This document shows, piece after piece, positions 59,799 to 64,000 of a stretch of DNA of 64,000 nt (the first letter of the stretch is position 1; every line of letters starts with the position of its first letter). The position numbers were made by a program, and so were the translations under genes. The notes beneath the pieces were generated by a model. It had not been told where the DNA came from. It made no database searches and saw nothing but the letters and a program-made list of their open reading frames with translations. Source of the DNA: Scyliorhinus canicula (Eukaryota); contig NC_052157.1 in assembly GCF_902713615.1 (NCBI RefSeq), forward strand, positions 46,152,553-46,216,552, given 5' to 3'.

Positions 59799-59932
59799 TG
59801 GCTGGAATCTCTACTCCCGGTGCTTGTCAATGGGATTTCCCATTGAAGCCACCACATGTCACACGGAAACCCATGGGCAGGGGTGAGTTGCCAGCGGGAA
59901 GAAAGAATCCCAATGGCTGGAGAATTCCAGCC
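59799..59932. mobile_element. Small MITE of the GG(G)CTGGA TIR group
   Basis: GGCTGGAAT...ATTCCAGCC termini; interior related to 22490-22660 and ~42838-42975. Confidence 0.65.
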
Positions 59933-61464
59933 AGAGAGTGTAGATTTACAGCTGCTATTCAGGTGGGAAGTGAGTGATCCATGAGGTTAGATGCTGTGTT
60001 TACTGCGGTTCACTATTCACATCAATTTGCGAGTGATATCAAATAGAGAGGTGTAGTGAGAAAAGGAAGAATGTTTTAAAATTCAGGAGGACATTAATAA
60101 GCTTGCAGAATAGGTTTGAAATTGGCACATTAATTTCAGTATAACTCAGCCCTCTCCAAAGACAAGTTTGAGGTAGGGGGGCATTTGATGGAACAGGGTG
60201 GTGGCAGGTGAGGAGCACACCATCATTCCACTTTTGTCCTGATGTTACAACACCCTGGGCCAGTGCGCAGTTGATTACAGTCCCACAAACTCTGGAATCC
60301 CAACATAAGTGAATGAACCAAAAATTTGCATATCGCTACTGAGACCTTTGACCCTTGACTGCTCCATTGACTTAGAGGCATCAGATTTCTAAGTAAAACA
60401 TACCAACTGTTTATTTAAAAAAAAACAGAGATACCTATACTCCCACTTTTACCGTCCCACCCTCCTCAGAAACACACACAAGACAGGCACACACAGCGAG
60501 CTATGGAGGTGTAAAAATAATAGGAATTAAAATATGATATGGAAGGTGAGTATCCTTGGGTTGGAAATTGAAGTCGTTGTAGCAGTAGGCAGTCCTTCCA
60601 GGATGTGGAGTGATTGAAAACCATTCTACCAAGGATCTTCTGGCAGTGAAATTCAATTGGAACTCCCAGGCTTTAGGGTTTCCTTTGGGGAGTCACCTTA
60701 ACTTTTATTACTCTGGGTCTTCATTCAGAAAAACAGCCTCAGGTCAGTTTGATTCCTAAGACTCTCAGTCTCGCTTCTCCCCAGTTTCCACCTGTGGTTC
60801 AATCTTAACGGTTTCCAGGCTCACCGGAATGCCCCATAGCTTCACTGGACTGGAGAAAAACTTCAAAAAGGGTTTTTAAACAACTGACTCTGCCTGCAGC
60901 TGCTGGCAGGATTGTCTTTGCAGCTCAATCTGGCTGTGCAAAGAGAAAGATCCTTACTTTGGACCTTCAGAAAGAATCTATCAGGTGAGGGAGGTAGATC
61001 AGGGCTATGATCCTCCATCTTGTGTTGAAAACAAAAACTAAAACAAGAAGAAGGTCTGGCAATTGGAAAACAGCTCATTGGCCACCAGCCAAGTCCATCA
61101 AGAGGTGTTATCAGTGGTGTCATACCAAACAGCACATCCTGCTGGAATGTCCTGTTTATTTTAAAATTAAAGGTGAAGTCCATCTTAAAGGCATAGGTCC
61201 CATTAATTATCCAGATACGGAAATTGAAATAGCATTCATATTCTAGGGGCCGAGCATCAGGAATGGGGGTGGGAGGTGACTGCTGAATGCCATCCTTTTG
61301 CCTTTGCAACTGACCCCTTCCAGCCCCTCCCATTAATTGTAAGGGATGGCCAGAGACTAAAATAGACCTGCTGGACAGAATCACATCATAATCTGATGGA
61401 TAGAGCAGTGTGAGTGTTAGCTCCGTACAGAACTCCAGGGCCTCTGGTTAACAGCCTACAAAGA

Positions 61465-61595
61465 AGAAACTTAATTCTGGAACAAAATAGATTAAAGATG
61501 ATTTCTTGAGGTATGATTTTGTCAATTGTGCCAATGCAAATAAGGATGCAAAGCCCATGTGTGTTATATGCAGGGAAGTACTGGCAAATGAGAGG
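61465..61595 (+). pseudogene. hAT (Charlie/SPIN-like) transposase N-terminal BED-finger fragment
   Basis: DDFLRYDFVNCANANKDAKPMCVICREVLANE. Confidence 0.6.
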
Positions 61596-62024
61596 AGCAC
61601 TTTCAGATTTTGAAAGAGACGTGGTGGGTGAAAAATTCCTTTTGAGGTTGTGACCCCAGAGTCAGTTATTAACTTATAACCAACTTCAAATGAAAAGATG
61701 TGGAAGCAATTTAATGGAAAAGTTTCCAAGTATGTTAATGATGGGAACTGGCACGAGCTTCCCGACCAGCAAATTCGATGTAGTGTCCTTCTGAATTTCT
61801 GTTTCATAGAAAATAGGAGGGCTCCATTTGGCCCTTCCAGCCTGCTCTGGCATTCAATATGATCATGACGGATCATTCAATTCAGTAAATCTGTTCCAGT
61901 TTTCCCCTGATATACCTTGATCCCTTTCACCCCAAGAGCTATTTCTAACTCCTTCTTGACATCAATGCCTGTCTGCTGTACTCTGATGTTTACATTGAAC
62001 TTATACCTCATGACTATCAAATCT

Positions 62025-62255
62025 AGGGCGGCACAGTGGTGCAGTGGTTAGCACTGCTGCCTCGCGGCGCGGATAACCCGGGTTTCATCCCGGCCCCGAG
62101 ACACTGGCTGTATGAAGTTTGCATATTCTCCCCGTGTTTGTGTTGGTCTCACCCCACAACTCAAAGATGTGCAGGCTAGGTGGATTGGCCATGCAAAATT
62201 GCCCCTTAATTGGAAAAAAATAATTGGGTACTCTACATTTATTTTTTAAAATGTG
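62025..62255 (+). mobile_element. HE1/V-type SINE, short A-rich tail
   Basis: 10-bp TSD TATCAAATCT (62015-62024 / 62256-62265). Confidence 0.9.
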
Positions 62256-62959
62256 TATCAAATCTCATCAATCTACAAGTCCTGGGCATAATTTATTATG
62301 CACTTTCAAGAACTAGATAACATCGAACATTAGTTGGGGTGGATGGGTGGGAGGTTTGGGGGGAGGGGGGCTGAGTGTATTAAGGGTTACTATGGGTAAT
62401 CCCTGATTCCTTTTTGTCAGTTGTTTATGTAAACATGCAGGCTGATGTTTGGGGATTGGTGGGAGGATGGGGTCATTGTTATTGTTATGGAGATTAACAT
62501 GTTTGTTGCTGATTATTGTTTATTGTTGGTGGGTGTAAATTTGGGAGAAAATGTGAAAAAGGAGGAAAATAAAAATATTTTTTTAAAAAATCTCATTAAT
62601 CTTAATTTTAAACTTCTGAACTATTGACGATATCACTGCAAGCTCTTTTGAATTCTACAGTATGGCTAAACCTTTGTGTTCTCTTTCTATTGTAATTGAA
62701 GACCTAAGACATCAGCAATTATCGCACATCCTCACATGACTGCTAATGCTTCCTTTTCAATCACTGTGTATCTCTTCTCTGGACTTGTTAATGACGCTGA
62801 TATGTCATCGACTAGTCTGTATTTTCCATCGCTTTGTACCTGAAAATGTATTGCACCCAATCCTGTAGAGGGTGTGTCTGCCACTATTATTTCAGGTGAG
62901 AGACTGTAATGGCTGGAATTCTCCTGCCGTTTGCTTTCAGTTTAAATTGGGATGCAACT

Positions 62960-64000
62960 GACCTACTATCCGAATTCAGAATTTTTAAGCAGTGCACAGA
63001 GAAATGGTTTCTTGATTCAGGTGTGTCTGCACCAGATTGCCTAGCAATTGGAAATTAAGGTCTACATGGGACAAACACATCAGGATTTACAACAACAGAG
63101 CTAAAGGATCCTTGGACTTACAAACCACATTGGAAGACTGGTTCTGCATCAGGTTAAACATCCTAGAGTGCAAGTACAATCAATCCTCCTGGGTATCACA
63201 CACGTTTTAAACCATGGAAACTAATGGCCCAACAATTCCAGTTCTACCTGCATGTGGTGACCTCACATGAATGACAATCCATGGAATTATTCAGTCCTCA
63301 CATATTAGATCAAACTCAGAAAGTACTCCTATCACCTGAGTTCATGACTTAACATCACAAAAATGACAACATTGGCAGTTTCAAGGGAGCTGCAATGTTA
63401 CACTTGCAAGAGAATGCAAGTCTGGCAATTTATCGAGTGCATTTTATAAAATGCAAATGCCAGAAACTATTAGAAGAAATTGTGAAGCATGCCATGCTCC
63501 AGAAACTCTGGAAACCCATAATTGAAGGATGGGCTCATTCAATTCAGCATGTCAACAAATACACCAAACTATTTTGACCTGACCAGGACAAATTAGGCAA
63601 CTTCCACGGAATCATTCTTAAAGACAGGTAGGTCATCATACTAGAATCTTTGCAATCTGATATCCTTCAATAACTTCATCGCTCACACATGGGCATAGAT
63701 CAGTGGAGAAGACTTGAAAGAGAGACTGTTTATTAGCCAGGTACAAACCATGATATTGAAGCTATCACCAAACAATGTGAGGCATGTCAAGAACATACGT
63801 CAAATCAGCAGAAAGATCCATTAATTCTATGTGAAGTCTTGATCCAAAATCACATCTGACCTCTTTCATGTCCATGACACTGACTTCATTTTCATTGTCA
63901 ATTACTTTCCGATGTACCCCATTATTGGACAATTGAAGAATATAACAAGCACAATTTTCACTCACACCCAAAGTGTTATTTTCAGTTTGTTTGGTGGTCC
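62960..64000 (+). mobile_element. Decayed Gypsy pol (integrase region), runs off the window
   Basis: LHRSHMGIDQWRRLERETVY*PG...CEAC integrase zinc-finger region at ~63670-63795. Confidence 0.7.

Noticed and set aside
60863-61876. 173-aa and 142-aa ORFs as host genes
   Set aside because: No recognisable domains; they overlap repeat-like and antisense hAT/CR1 fragments

Overview
Eukaryotic genomic DNA made almost entirely of transposable elements, most likely from a cartilaginous fish (shark/catshark-like; inferred from HE1-type V-SINEs, HER1-like CR1 LINEs and the repeat landscape). No intact host gene is evident. Contents: one full-length but frameshifted Ty3/Gypsy LTR retrotransposon (296-5524, 5-bp TSD, PBS, PPT), solo LTRs and several decayed Gypsy internal regions; a near full-length CR1 LINE (ORF1 zinc finger + SGNH esterase, ORF2 APE + RT) interrupted by a hAT MITE and a tiny Penelope fragment; Penelope-like (GIY-YIG) insertions carrying minimal hammerhead ribozyme motifs, including a 344-bp-arm palindrome; PIF/Harbinger-like MITEs and decayed intron-containing Myb/SANT elements with related TIRs; a LINE endonuclease region preceded by a tRNA-derived head; and about 20 tRNA-derived SINEs with interchangeable 3' tails. 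Best leads: the hammerhead-bearing Penelope palindrome with a snap-back junction, the tRNA-headed LINE and its matching short copy, the Myb/SANT-MITE system, and SINE tail swapping. Coordinates and mismatch counts were read by eye. Family names come from recognition, not database searches.
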